From: Fimicolochytrium jonesii
Taxonomy: Eukaryota
Assembly (NCBI RefSeq): GCF_025526975.1
Contig: NW_026515674.1
Span: 806,001 to 870,000 of the forward strand
Length of the DNA: 64,000 nt
Direction: 5' to 3'
This document shows positions 13,001 through 24,727 of this stretch, one piece after another (position 1 is the first letter of the stretch; every line of letters starts with the position of its first letter). A model generated the notes under the pieces. That model ran no database searches and was not told the origin of the DNA. It was given only the letters and a program-made list of their open reading frames with translations. A program made the translations under genes and the position numbers.

Positions 13001-15670
13001 TGCTTGCGTAGGGATCGGTTTCACAAGTCCTGCGTCGTTGTCATTATATTTAGCGTTCAACGCTGCGATATCTGCCCTCTGAGGCGGACCGCGACGCGCC
13101 GCATTGCTCGCATTGACTCCTCTCGGAACCCGGGTGAATATGAAGGCGCGGTAACTTTCATAGTGTGGAAAAGTCCTTGGCTGTGCTGTGAAATGTTGTG
13201 ATTGTAAAACGGGTTGCTGATTGCGAGTAACCAGCGTATATGCTGTAAACTTGGTCGCTGACGGGTGCGGAAGCGGCGAAAAGAAACAAACAAGTTGACC
13301 TACGGTTGGGAGAGAGTGAGTCCGGATCAGGACAGACAAAGTGTATTGTATTCGCATGCGTACCGCCTGATGAGAAAGATGCACCGCATAACCTCGGGAA
13401 CGGAACGTTGCTCACGTCTTTCCCGACGATGACGTCCTTCATCAATCGTTTCTCTTGCGAGTTGTTTCTCCCGCCAACCATCGACATCATATCACTATCG
13501 CTGGAGCTCGCATCGAACCCGAAGTTTGCTTGCGAAGCCGGCACCGTGGAGAGCACTTCAGTGTTTCCGTAGACGTCAAGTTTCTCAATGGAAGGAACCC
13601 TCGAACGAGGTCCTTTATATGTGAGGGAAGGATATCTTGGTTCGCTCATTAAACTTCCGGGAGAATCCAGTCCCAAACGCTCGTGCGATGCTTGACGCTT
13701 ACTGGCCAGGTTCGACTTGCCGGACATCAGGAAGCCAACGCATTTAAGCAAGCACGCCTCATTGTTTTTCGCAAGCTTGCCCGCGATGCTCGAAAGCTCC
13801 GTTGCCAGATATCTCCGTTGTGCCATACTGACCATGCCTGTTTTTTGCACATTGAAAGTGGGCGGCGCCGAGTTTGGGTAGTCGCTTGGAAAGTATACGT
13901 CGATTCGCAGAAACGTCGATGGCGCCCGGTATGTAGTCGACGGTGAGTCTTCCAGGGCGGATTGCAGAGTCATCGTACAAGTCCGATTCTCCAAGCTAAT
14001 CTTTTCGAAAACAACGCCTGGGTACGACCGCAATACGTGCCGTATTTCCCAGTCCAAGAGCTGCGACGCGACATCTGGCCTTCTGAGGTCCGGAGTCGAT
14101 GTACGTGAGATTTCAGCAGGGCTGAAAACACTCTCCATGCTCGAGGAGAGACTGTCTGTGGCAGCGGCGTTCACAGAGAGGGAATCCATGTCCTTGGTTG
14201 ACCCCAACAGAGGCCGAGACTCATGGCCCACTGCCTTTGTGATTTCCCGTGAGATTGGCCATAGTCTAAGGTATTGATCCTTCGACCAGGTCACCAGCTG
14301 GAAAGCCCTGTCATCCTGCTCTCCACTTTGCTGCCCGCGAACGCGCCAGACAAACTCCTTTGGCACGTCCGTGTGACCCTCGAATGAATGGACGGGGTTC
14401 ACCAAGTTATCACAGTCCCAAAGGAGTAAGTTCGTATCCTTCCGTTGCGGCATGGTTACGACGCCGTTCCCAAAAGGCTAGCAAACGGCTTGGCGTCAAG
14501 ATGAATTCCGTCGCAAACACGGCACATGCGGCACATGCGGCACGAGTACGTACTGTAAACCGAGCTCGCCAAACAGGAGCGCCCGTCATGATGGATGCCT
14601 GACATGTTCTCGGTTCTGAAATGTCCCAAAACTGTGTGACAAATCGCATTAATGCTACAGGTCATGCAAAGGGTTGGAAAGAACGACAACTAGTCCACCA
14701 CTCACCTTCACCATCCGGTCTTGCCCACATGTGATGATCTCTTGTTCGTTGTTCCTACTCCAGTCTATCCCGTAAATTTTGGTCATGTGTGCCGTGATCA
14801 ATGTCACGGGGGTCGATCCTTTCTACGTCCGCAGTGCATCATCAGCGTCCACCGTTCCATTTGAGAACTTCGTCAGTCACTAGTTACCCTCGTGTCCCAG
14901 ATTCGGATATCTGTGTCATGAGATGATGCCAGCATTGTCTCGCTTATCCTATTGAACTTTACTTGCGTCGCCCCGGCTGTCTCAACAATATCCGTGAGTA
15001 GAGAGCTCTCTCTTTCAAAGGTCGTGCCTCATACTGGCTCACCAGTCCAAGCACAAAATGATGTCGAGGGCTTATCTGGCGGCTTCCTTAGATCCCACAA
15101 ATGTATGTAGGTGTCATAGGAGCATGTTGCGAGAAGCTCTGGATGGAACGGACTCCAATTGATGTCGGAAACGGCTCGCTGATGAGAGCCAAGGATGTAT
15201 TCAATGTACTTTGATCCTGCATCAGCGCCTTTCGCAGCTAGATTCCAGACCAGAGCCTTTTGGTTCGACTAAACGACGATTTGTGTGAGCGCGGTCAAGC
15301 TCACGGTACGTACGCCGCCTTCAACGTACTGTCGTGGCTATCCAGTGTTCCCTAGAGCGATGTGGATTCCACTGCACATCGCTGACTTCCCAATTGGTCA
15401 TATGGTGTATCACCCTCGGTGGCAGATAAGGATTATCCAAGTCTATTATGTACAAGCCTTTTTTGCTGCATTCAAACGTAGCATTAGCGGACGGACCTAA
15501 CCTAGTCAGCGACCCCTCAAACTAACTTACGCTGCCAATACCGCATCTCGACCATTAGACGAGATGCTTAGACTGGTTACCGGATATGAAAGGTGCACGG
15601 CAGCCGGCCTTTCGAAGGACATGGCTCCATCTCGGTCCATCTCTCCTTTATCGGTTGCCTTTGCTGTCAT
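10096..15670 (-). CDS. WDR59: GATOR2/SEACAT subunit WDR59/Sea3/Mtc5 (WD40 repeats, RWD domain, C-terminal Zn finger/RING); multi-exon
   Basis: WD40 exons (FEGHTDVPKEFVWR, FQLVTWSKDQYLRLW), RWD-like LRIDVYFPSDYPNSAPPTF, NVPFPRLCGASFS, HPFGRALV, YAELLYTWGL and terminal CAICRLPCKG...CGHGGHADHMNDWF...CPTGCGCVC. The start codon is approximate. Confidence 0.93.
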
Positions 15671-15949
15671 TTCCCGAACTGTTCCTGGCGGGCCACTTTC
15701 CACGGGCCTCACTCCGTGACCCTCCAACGATAGCAACCCGACTACTCTTCTGGGATTGGGGGCTTACCGCCTCTTCACAAGGTGGAGGGCCTGTGAGAGG
15801 TCGATCGACTTTTGAATTGACGTGCGTCACGCGTTCGAGGCATTGCAGTCCTAATCGCCAAAAAAATCAAAAAAGAGATTGTAATATTCTGTAGCACCAC
15901 CAAGTTTCGATCTTGGGGCCTCAGGGTTATGAGCCCTGCGCGCTTCCTC

Positions 15950-16080
15950 TGCGCTATGGTGCTGTTGATGAATTCCCATTCGCTTCTATGCCTGTCAAGC
16001 GCGCTTCCTCTGCTGTGCACCACGGCATAGCTTTATGCAGCTCCTGGAGATGCTCTTAGGGTTCCAGGCCTTCTGGAGGA
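15950..16080 (-). pseudogene. Degenerate copy of the 3' end of the adjacent F-box gene
   Basis: Translates as PEGLEP*EHLQELHKAMPWCTAEEARLTGIE versus DGLEAYE...EELQKAMPWCAVQVYMSGVE in the intact gene. Near-identical 29-mers at ~16017 and ~16289. Confidence 0.7.
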
Positions 16081-16234
16081 AAACCCAACCCGGGGGGTTC
16101 TGTAAGGAAGTCGTCAACCATACCCTGATATACTGGTATTGGGTATCCGGCGCTTAGTATAGGTAGTCCTCATGTTTTCAGGAACGACGACCGACGATTC
16201 CACGTGCTGGACATGGTGTCAAGAGTGTTTGTAT

Positions 16235-18034
16235 TCAATGGAAAAATCCCTGATCTACTTCTACCCCACTCATGTACACTTGGACGGCGCACCACGGCAT
16301 AGCTTTTTGCAGCTCCTCGCAATTGTACGGCACGCAGGGACTCTCATAGGCTTCCAAGCCATCGATGTCTTGGAAATGATAAGTCAGATCATTTACGCGC
16401 GCGTTTTCGTTGCGGCGAATCTCCCTAACCCACTCTATGTCGTCGGAGCAAGGGCATGGGTTGCCATTTCCCAGCCCGCAATACTCTTGCCCGTCATCTT
16501 CAGCCTGAGATAGACACCGATTCTCGACCCTATCGGCGCCCCAGTACAAGACCATAATGAGACGTTTGAGGGAACGGAGTTGTGGAAAAACCCGCAAAGC
16601 TTGTTCCGTGGAGTACCACTCAGGTGTCATAGCCCCAAGTTCCTCAAGCTCCGCCCAGTCCGCACGGACTGGCGAAATACAAGTCAATTCGAGAACTTTC
16701 AGATTTGCAGCAGTTGTGAGAGTGGGGATCATGCAAGTCAAAGAGCTCATCCTGATGTGGCCAGAGATGCGAAGATGTTGCAGCGCAGTGAACCGTGTGA
16801 AATCGTGTGCGGGGACATACGATTGGTGGGAAAGACGTAAGACCTTCAAGTGCTCAGCGACGCAAGCATCCGGAAGCGATATCAGTTCTTCAGAAAACCC
16901 CGAGAGCGGTTCGGAAAACCCCAAGTAGGCATCGAGACTTCGTAGACGATGCAGGCCGGCAAGAGAGTTTTTTGGAGCACGGTCCAAGCTGAAAGCCTCT
17001 AGTTTGTTGAGATTTGGGGCAGATTGGGCGTCAAGAAACCGATAAGTAGATTCCATCACGAGAATCCGTAAATGGCGTACAAGTGGGAGATTTGCCATCG
17101 TCATAGCCAACATCTGGCCTTCCAGGCGGTGGATACCGAAAGTAAGCTGTCGGACATCTGCTTGCTCGCGCAGGAACTTGAAGGCTTTTACCAGCTCTCC
17201 ATTTACACGATTGCTCGTTATCGTCCCATTCACATGCAAGTGTCGAATGCCTGAGCGATCGGGTTGGACGGTAGATTGCTGCAAATTGACATCGGGAATT
17301 GACGTTGAAGACGGTGTGACTGTAAGCCAGTCCCTATGATTGGAATATAAAGGGGGTTAAAAACGTGGTGGCAAAAGTGAAAACTCGTAAGAAGGCACAC
17401 AGCATATGCTATTTTTTTGCCAACAAAAGCCGTATTACTAATATACCCTTCCGACTTACAGGAGCGGTTCAATGTTCGAAGGAAAATCCTCTTGAAAGTC
17501 CAAGAACAAGTAGAGCAGATTCCGCGGTACCTTCACGAAAGCAAAGATGTCCGTTGCCAAGTCCAGCCGTCCTGCCCGCACCAGCCCGCCGAATTGTGTC
17601 ATAACCAGATGTTGGAGCGACTGCTGCCGGAACTTATCCTTCACAAACAGTCGGAGACCTGCGGCATGCTTCTCGTCGGAGATAGGTCTCGCAGTGTTAT
17701 CGCGGAGAAGATGATGGAGGCTCAAGACGTCGCCGGAACGGAGGGAGAAAGCCAGAAGCCGCCAACGTCGACAGACGGCGCCGAGATGCCGCTCGAACGG
17801 CAAGTGGGAGACTGGCGAGTATGCAGGCGGATGCTCCACAGGTGATATTCTGGGCCCAGGCTGCGCGTTGCTGCACGAAGGCTGCAAATGGTGGAAAATG
17901 CGGAGCACGACGTCGTCAACGGCGGCCAGTCGACGTCCGGGTGGCATACCTGGACCCGCTGCTGTTCCTGCGTACGCTTTTCCGAAAGAGGGAACCTCAG
18001 CGTTCCCCTCCGAGCTGCTGCGGGTGGTGAACAT
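16235..18034 (-). CDS. F-box protein with LRR-like C-terminal region; about 3 exons
   Basis: F-box-like LAAVDDVVLRIFHHL...LGAVCRRWRLLA. The downstream exon has LxxLxL repeats (LRSLDAY, LKVLRL, LQHLRI, LKVLEL, LRSLKRL). gtaagt donor at ~17459. Confidence 0.65.
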
Positions 18035-18499
18035 GTTCACCTCGATGTGTGCTTCCGCTGGAAGCAGTTGCCTGGAAATGGGTCAGCTACAAGGTTCGGC
18101 TGCAACGAATTTGTTGAACGTTGGGTCCGCGTGAGCCGGGAATCTGCCGAGGAACGCTCGAGGCCGTAGATCTAGAGCCGGAGAGGTGGATTTTTCGATA
18201 CCACACTGAAGCGGCGCTTGCCAGTGGATAAGCGAATTTCGTTTTCCCAAAAGAAGGAAGCCGCCCCCCCCCAGCTGGCTTTAGATCTAATATGAACGGT
18301 TGCAAGTCCCGCCTGGCAGCTCTATGACCTAATGTGCTGTACATAGTAGGTACTACAATGTCCCAATCAGCCATAGGGTCACACCTCACCCGCTGACTGA
18401 AACGGACCGTGACGGACTCCTAGTATCTACTGTACGCGTAGAATCTGCAGATGCCGGGGGCGGGGCGCAGAAGCACCGCGTCGTATATAAGGCCTGGTG

Positions 18500-19260
18500 T
18501 ACTGTCATTGAGCGATATGCTCCCAGCGGACGCGGAGAAGCAATACTCAAACACGGAGAGAGAGGGATTGGCAATTCACCGGGCCGTGACGAAGCTGGAG
18601 TACTACCTTTGGGAAAGCCATTCACGGTGGAAACGGATCACTCCGCGCTGCTGGCACTGGCCAAGCACGGAGACCTGTCGGGCTTGAGATGGGAGTCCAA
18701 GAACGTCCAGTCGGCACGCCAGATTTTCAATGCTCCCAGGTGAGCTATCAGGGAGAAGTGGGGCCGGTGCCCCAAGAAAACGGCTGCCGATGGTGACGGG
18801 TCCTGCACCGTCGCGGTCGCCAGTACAAGGGAGAGCTTTCCTGAGAGCTAGTAGCTCGACCTGGTATTGAGCCATGCAATTATGGTTTTCCGCCCGAACA
18901 ATTGACACCCAGTAGCGCCCAGTGTTTTGGGCATATTTGGCACAACCATAGGGCCTCCGGGGATCTTGTACATACCCTGTGGTCCCGTTATATATATATA
19001 TAGGCCAGGCCTCCGCGTTCGCGAAGGCATCAGCAACGCGTATCACGTAGGACGTTGGCGACAAGTCGGTCATGACCCCAACCTCCGATTCCTTGGCGAT
19101 TTGGTGCGTTTCTTGGCCCTCATGTTCGCCAAGACCCAGCGCTATATGCGAAAGAAAGCTGGCGTTCACGTACCATGACATCCGGCTGCATGTCCCCATG
19201 ATGTAAAAGCAGGCAACCCTGGCGGCTCTGCAGCCCCTACAATCCAGAATCGCGCAAGTA
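18500..19260 (+). mobile_element. Degenerate Ty3/gypsy LTR-retrotransposon pol fragment (RNase H; possible integrase trace)
   Basis: AEKQYSNTEREGLAIHRAVTKLEYYL continues after a frameshift as GKPFTVETDHSALLAL, the classic gypsy RT-RNaseH signature. The right boundary is uncertain and no LTRs were seen. Confidence 0.85.
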
Positions 19261-19325
19261 CTGTCAGTAATCCTGTTAGTTACCTCACCACCCCAAAGGA
19301 AAAGCCTGCAAATAACGAAAACAGA

Positions 19326-19948
19326 ATGATCGACATCCCATACAATCCGGACGCCGACGCCGCACTAGAGCAGCTCAAGACGGGCGAGGCGAACTTCGTT
19401 ATTCTGGTACCGCCCGGTTCCGATATTGTCAAATCAGTTATGCTTTGTCGACCTAATGTTATGTGTGACATCCTCCACCAGTCAGTCGAAACCGACCCGA
19501 CCGTCCACATCGCGCTCGACACACACGGCACCGCCGCCACATTCACCGACCTGGCAGGCAAAGTCAAGCCAGACGCCCCGCGGTTCGTGTTCTACACCCA
19601 CCCTGACGGTCGCCGTGCGCCATCCATGGGTAATTACCAAAAACAAACCATCTTCGAGGTCCTCGCGGTATTGATTTTGGATCTTTTTGCGATGCCAGTG
19701 CTTGTATACGTGTGCCCGCCTACGGCGCCCGTGAAGTCGAGGATGGTCCATTCGGGGTTCTTGCAGCTGATGGTGCATGTGTTGAAGACGCGGAGGGGGT
19801 ATCATATCGTCAAGAAGGTGCGTCTACATCAACAGGTAGTCATCCTAGCATCGGAAAGCGCGCAAAGTTGACTTTATCTGAATTGAAGTTCGAGGTGGAA
19901 AACATGACGGATGTGGACGGGCGGGAGGTTGACGAGCTGCTGGCGTAG
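19326..19948 (+). CDS. Small single ADF-H domain protein (resembles the twinfilin C-terminal ADF-H); 4 predicted exons
   Basis: Spliced product contains DLAGKVKPDAPRFVFY, VLVYVCPPTAPVKSRMVHS and IVKK|FEVEN, matching ADF-H/twinfilin motifs. Three short GT-AG introns restore the frame, with stop at 19948. Confidence 0.7.
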
Positions 19949-20476
19949 ACGGGCGGACGGGCGAGATGCAGAGAGATAGACGTGGGGGTGGTCCGGGAAG
20001 GCGGTGCCTTTGCGTATGGGCGGGACATTGTATGTAGGATGGGGTGTAGATAATGTATGCTTTCCGCGCAAACGAGAGGCCGCCGAAGTTGGACGTACTG
20101 TACTGTACTTAGACTACCTAAGACACCTCGAAACTGAGTGCTGTAATTGTACCTGGATGAGCCATAGTGGCAAGAACAGTGAGCCAAAGCCCGTGATTTG
20201 AGTTGCTCTTGCTACAGAGCATCGGTGCTGGGAACATATCACAATCCGATTACCTGTCGGAATCTCTTCCCACAAAATCAGATTTTGCAACGTCAACACA
20301 ACATGATGAAGATGCCCATGTCCATTGAAAATGTATGTAGAAAACACAACATATCTGAGGATGTCCCCAAGTGACATCTGAGGAACGAAACAGACATCAT
20401 CCGCTCCAACCCTCGCCAACGGTCGCCCATCTCCATCTCCATCCCCTCCATCGATCAACCCCACTCCCAAAATCCC

Positions 20477-21031
20477 TTATACCGGCTCCTGAGTATTAGC
20501 GAACCCCGCCTCGACAGGCACCTCCATGACCCCCGCATGCGCACACACCACAAACGCACACACCGCGATCATATAAAAAATCGTACCCGTCGCCCCACTG
20601 ATCCAGATCATCAACACACTAACCACCGCAAACACCGGCCACAGCCCACTAGGCGTCACCGTCCACCTGCCCCGAAAGATGCTGGTCGGCACATTCGCCG
20701 GGAGAGATGAAATGAACTTGAACCCGCCCAGCACGAACAGTATGGTCACCAACAGGAAGATATTGGTGAAGAGGAGGTAAGCGGTGATGATAAGTACGAT
20801 GAGGATGTAGTTGTTTTGGAAGTAGGTGAGGTTGTGGTTCAAGCGGGATGAGAATTGGGCGATGGATTGCGGGCGGGAGAGGCGGGTGCGGTCGAAGAAA
20901 TCGGAGAGGGGTTTGAGGGTTGAGAGACGTTGGCGGGAGGTTTCTTTGACGGTTTGCCAGGTTGCGGCGTCGATGCGGGCGTAGGAGGTGAAGCTGGTGG
21001 GGGCGGAGCCGCCGGGGAGGATGTTTGACAT
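20477..21031 (-). CDS. PRA1 family (prenylated Rab acceptor / Yip3-like) membrane protein
   Basis: LKPLSDFFDRTRLSRP...SRLNHNLTYFQNNYILI, two hydrophobic hairpins and a terminal VCAHA motif. Confidence 0.93.
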   Translation of the reverse strand: MSNILPGGSAPTSFTSYARIDAATWQTVKETSRQRLSTLKPLSDFFDRTRLSRPQSIAQFSSRLNHNLTYFQNNYILIVLIITAYLLFTNIFLLVTILFVLGGFKFISSLPANVPTSIFRGRWTVTPSGLWPVFAVVSVLMIWISGATGTIFYMIAVCAFVVCAHAGVMEVPVEAGFANTQEPV

Positions 21032-21457
21032 TTTTGTGGGTGGGTGTTTTGCGAGCGGTTGAGATCAGTGGCAGACGTATGAGTGGAGGACGGACAGCGC
21101 TAGAGCCGTTTAAGAGTGTGGTGTTGAAGGGGAACCGCCCGTTCCCTGTTACGCTTTTATGTTTTTTCAAGGACTGATGACTTGCAGGTGATCTCTGGCG
21201 GAGTGTTCCGTGAGCTTTGCGGCCAATAAGACAAGCTGGCTGGGTGAGACTGGGAGGGACGTGGCAGGAACGCGTTGAACAGAACCTTGGCACCCGTCCA
21301 AGCCACGCTTCACACGCAGCTTCACACGGCCGCCTTCTGGCATTCAAAGTCCCACCTACGCCCTCTCTTCCCTCTTCCACTATCTAGCAGCCAACAGATG
21401 GCGCTTTTCTTCTTCACCATATCACCATTGCAGAATGGTACCATTCAGAATGAAATC

Positions 21458-22365
21458 TTACGCCAATGAAATACACATACAGCCTAAAAAGACTCCGCCC
21501 TGGGCGAAAGACGAAGTTACGTTGAGCACCATCGCCATAGACCGAGACCCGAGAACACCACCCTCACTACCGCGACCCCGCCCGCCCCAATGTTGCTGGT
21601 TTACGCGCGGAGGTGCATCAAACACGGAAGGACGCATTGGATGAGTCCGTCGATTGGACCGGCAGCGGTCGAGAGAGCGCATAACCGACGACGAGGTCAA
21701 CCCCCTGAGTTCGTCTCCAACATCGTTCCCACCCGGATTCCAAGTTCGTATCAGTCTTCAAACTGCTTTGCCCGGATTGGAAGCTCCTACCATGACAGGA
21801 GGAGCTCCTCAGTCATCAGTCGTCTCGGTGAGCAGAAGCGTGCCCCAAGTCGACTCGTGACCATCGGAGACGTCCTTCTCCATGTCCGTGACCACACCGG
21901 GCAGCTGTCCGGTCTCTACGTCCATCGTCACCGTCGCGCATGGCGAATGCACCCCCATCGTTGCCTCCCATGCACAGATCTACGCCGTATCCGTCACCCT
22001 ACCCTCCTCAATCACGCCCCTAAATCTTCGGATGCAACACGGGATGCGTAACCCCCTCCCTGCAAGCCACACAAGGCTCATCCCTCCCCGGCCCACCCCA
22101 AATCGTGCACACCAACCCGTTCGGATCCTCCACCGTCACGGGCAGGGTCGGGTTAAGGTCGTAATGCCCGCTCGCGTCTTTGATTGCAGCGAAGCGAATG
22201 TGAACAAGGTTGCCTAGGGCAACGAGGTCAGCGAGGAAGGGGTAAGTTGTCAGGGCGTGGGCGAAGGCAGCGGCGAGGATTGTTGGGGCGGAGAGAGGGG
22301 TGTTGGTTGGCAGGGGTGGTGAGAGGGCAGTTTCTCCGTCGGGAGGGGCGTACTCTTGCGACATG
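21458..22365 (-). pseudogene. Possible decayed gene of unknown family
   Basis: ORF MSQEYAPPDG...HPKI* appears to continue in frame through several stops. No domain recognised. Confidence 0.25.
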
Positions 22366-22906
22366 GTGAAGTGAAAGAGGGTTCCACTGAGAGTGCTTGC
22401 GAGACGCAGCCAGTACGTACGTATACTGTACTTCGTAGTGTAGGTTCTTCGACTTGCGCTTACAAATTCACTTGGGGGGGCCACTCCTGGGGCACTCTCA
22501 GGGAGGGAGGGAGGGTGCATTTAAAGCCGCGAGCTGGGTGGGAAAGCACGTGACTGCACAAATAAACCAATGACATCCGCAAGCGCCGTCACTTCTTACG
22601 TACAGCTGTTTCTCCATCCCAATAACCAACCGTCCCAGCGTCCTCCAAACGCACAGCAGGAATAGTCTCGCTACGACTCGGACATACTGTGTACTGTATA
22701 TGTACATACAGCACATACCCTCACTCTTTGCTTGGAACGCCTGCGGAAGAGGAGCGCTTCCATTGACGGCTGAGTCCAGTCCGGTTACCCACCAGACACA
22801 CCATCGTACTCGCTGCAACTCCAATACGCGCCGCCGAAACAGGGCAAAATAAACTGGCAGCTCTTAACGGTCCCCCTTTGTCTTTTCCCCTTCCCGGTGC
22901 CCCACA

Positions 22907-24727
22907 ATGGAGGTGGTCCACCAACCCAACAGGCCATCGTCCACCCAACTGGAAGCTCCAGAACCCCCCTATCTGGCGCTCCTCACCTCGCTCAACAAAG
23001 TCTTCGCCCACGAACTCCGCACCTGCGAGACACTGTCAGCGCCCGATCCAGTCCTAACCCGCAAATTCCGCCATGTCCTCCAATACGCCTGGGAAATGAT
23101 CCACAGAGTCGACGGGCTCATCAACAGATACCACACCATCCCCCCCTCAGAGGGCCGGGTCATCTTTACCACCGCGCGACTGTTCGCCGAAAGCACATGC
23201 GAGGCGCTCACGGGCCGGTCGAACGAGAACCTCGGGGGTGTTATACGATCGTTTACGCGGTCGACGGAGCTGAGCAGGGTGGCGGGATTGCTCACTCAGG
23301 CTGTCCTTGGGCACCTGGATCTGCTGAGAGTGAGGGCGAATACGTGGTCGCACCATCAGGGCGATCAGGTGCTGGATTGGCCGGATGTGGTGGAGGTTAT
23401 GGAAGCCGCGCGGAATATCTTCCGGCTGTTGTATATGAACAGACAGATGAGGAAGCCGTACCAGCCGCCGTCGTTCGGTGACGCCTTAACCCTGGGCGGG
23501 ACCGGTGCACTTGTGAAGACCTATGGCTGGGACACACCCGAACCGTTACAAAATGTGAATGGCGTCATCGTCGTAGACGACATGGGCGTCCTCATCGGCC
23601 GCGACGAAGACGAAGCCGAACAAGTGAACCCATACGCCTCCGCCTCCTCCAAAACAATTACATCCTCCTCTGAATCAAACACCGCCGCCGCCGCGCGCGG
23701 AAGCAGCAGCAGCAGCAGCAGCATCACCACCAAATCAACGTCGACCGTTACCATCCGTCAGGTGAGGAAACAACAACAACAGCAATTCTCCCCTTCAAAA
23801 CAGGCCGAAAATGACTCCCCACTCTCCCACAAGCTCTCCTCAACCTCCCTCAACACCAAAACCGTCAAACTTGCCAACGCGACTGCCAGAGCCACCCAGG
23901 ACCAATGGGTCCTCGAGAACCTTCAATGGCCGCAAAGTGCCTCTGACTCAGACACCACAACTCCAAAACGCAAAGAGTCGAAGCAAACCATGCAAGTCAA
24001 ACTCGACTGCGCGAAGCTCGCACTCCGCGAACCCAGTGCGAATTATACGGTACGGTCTGATCGGTCGGGGTCATATTCCACACCCCACCAAAATCGAAAT
24101 CAAAACCAGAATGGGAACAGACCAGGGGGTCCCGTCAGCACAACTGAGTGGAATTGCGCGGCGGCCCCCTGGAAAAACGGGTCGGGGTGGGATCTACCTA
24201 CCCTACCGGAAAGTGACACAACAACCTACGCACTCGGTGCCTCGGCCGTGGAAATATTCAAATCCCTCGGCTACGGCTCCGCTGGCTCTACTGCAACTGC
24301 ATTGTATGATGACCACGATGCACGCACGACGGGGAGGTCGTTCGAGGCAGACGCGTGGGATGAGTGTGGGTTCGTCATAAAGAATTCGCCTAAACCCGTC
24401 CCTGCCATCCCCATTCCCGCGCCCAACATCAACAACAACCACCACAAGAACCATAAACAGCACGATACAGGCTGGGGAACTACGCCCTCCCCGCCCCGGT
24501 TCCCGTGGGAGTCACCACCGAAATCGGAGGCGGACCATACGAACAATCACACGCTCGGTAGGCCCACGACACCAACAGCGACGAATGATAGGAACGCAGC
24601 GACGAAAGACCGATCCCCGCGAACCAAACTACAGTGCAGGTCGTGCAAACAGTGGAATGGGGCGAGGGCATGTCCGTTTTTGGCATGTGTCAGGTGTTGC
24701 CCTTATCCGAATTGTCCGGGGCATTGA
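22907..24727 (+). CDS. Hypothetical 606-aa protein: helical N-terminal domain, disordered middle, C-terminal Cys/His finger
   Basis: Long uninterrupted ATG ORF ending in CRSCKQWNGARACPFLACVRCCPYPNCPGH. Confidence 0.8.
   Translation: MEVVHQPNRPSSTQLEAPEPPYLALLTSLNKVFAHELRTCETLSAPDPVLTRKFRHVLQYAWEMIHRVDGLINRYHTIPPSEGRVIFTTARLFAESTCEALTGRSNENLGGVIRSFTRSTELSRVAGLLTQAVLGHLDLLRVRANTWSHHQGDQVLDWPDVVEVMEAARNIFRLLYMNRQMRKPYQPPSFGDALTLGGTGALVKTYGWDTPEPLQNVNGVIVVDDMGVLIGRDEDEAEQVNPYASASSKTITSSSESNTAAAARGSSSSSSSITTKSTSTVTIRQVRKQQQQQFSPSKQAENDSPLSHKLSSTSLNTKTVKLANATARATQDQWVLENLQWPQSASDSDTTTPKRKESKQTMQVKLDCAKLALREPSANYTVRSDRSGSYSTPHQNRNQNQNGNRPGGPVSTTEWNCAAAPWKNGSGWDLPTLPESDTTTYALGASAVEIFKSLGYGSAGSTATALYDDHDARTTGRSFEADAWDECGFVIKNSPKPVPAIPIPAPNINNNHHKNHKQHDTGWGTTPSPPRFPWESPPKSEADHTNNHTLGRPTTPTATNDRNAATKDRSPRTKLQCRSCKQWNGARACPFLACVRCCPYPNCPGH

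Noticed and set aside
18603..19199. 198-aa minus-strand ORF as a gene
   Set aside because: It overlaps the gypsy remnant in antisense and has no recognisable domain.
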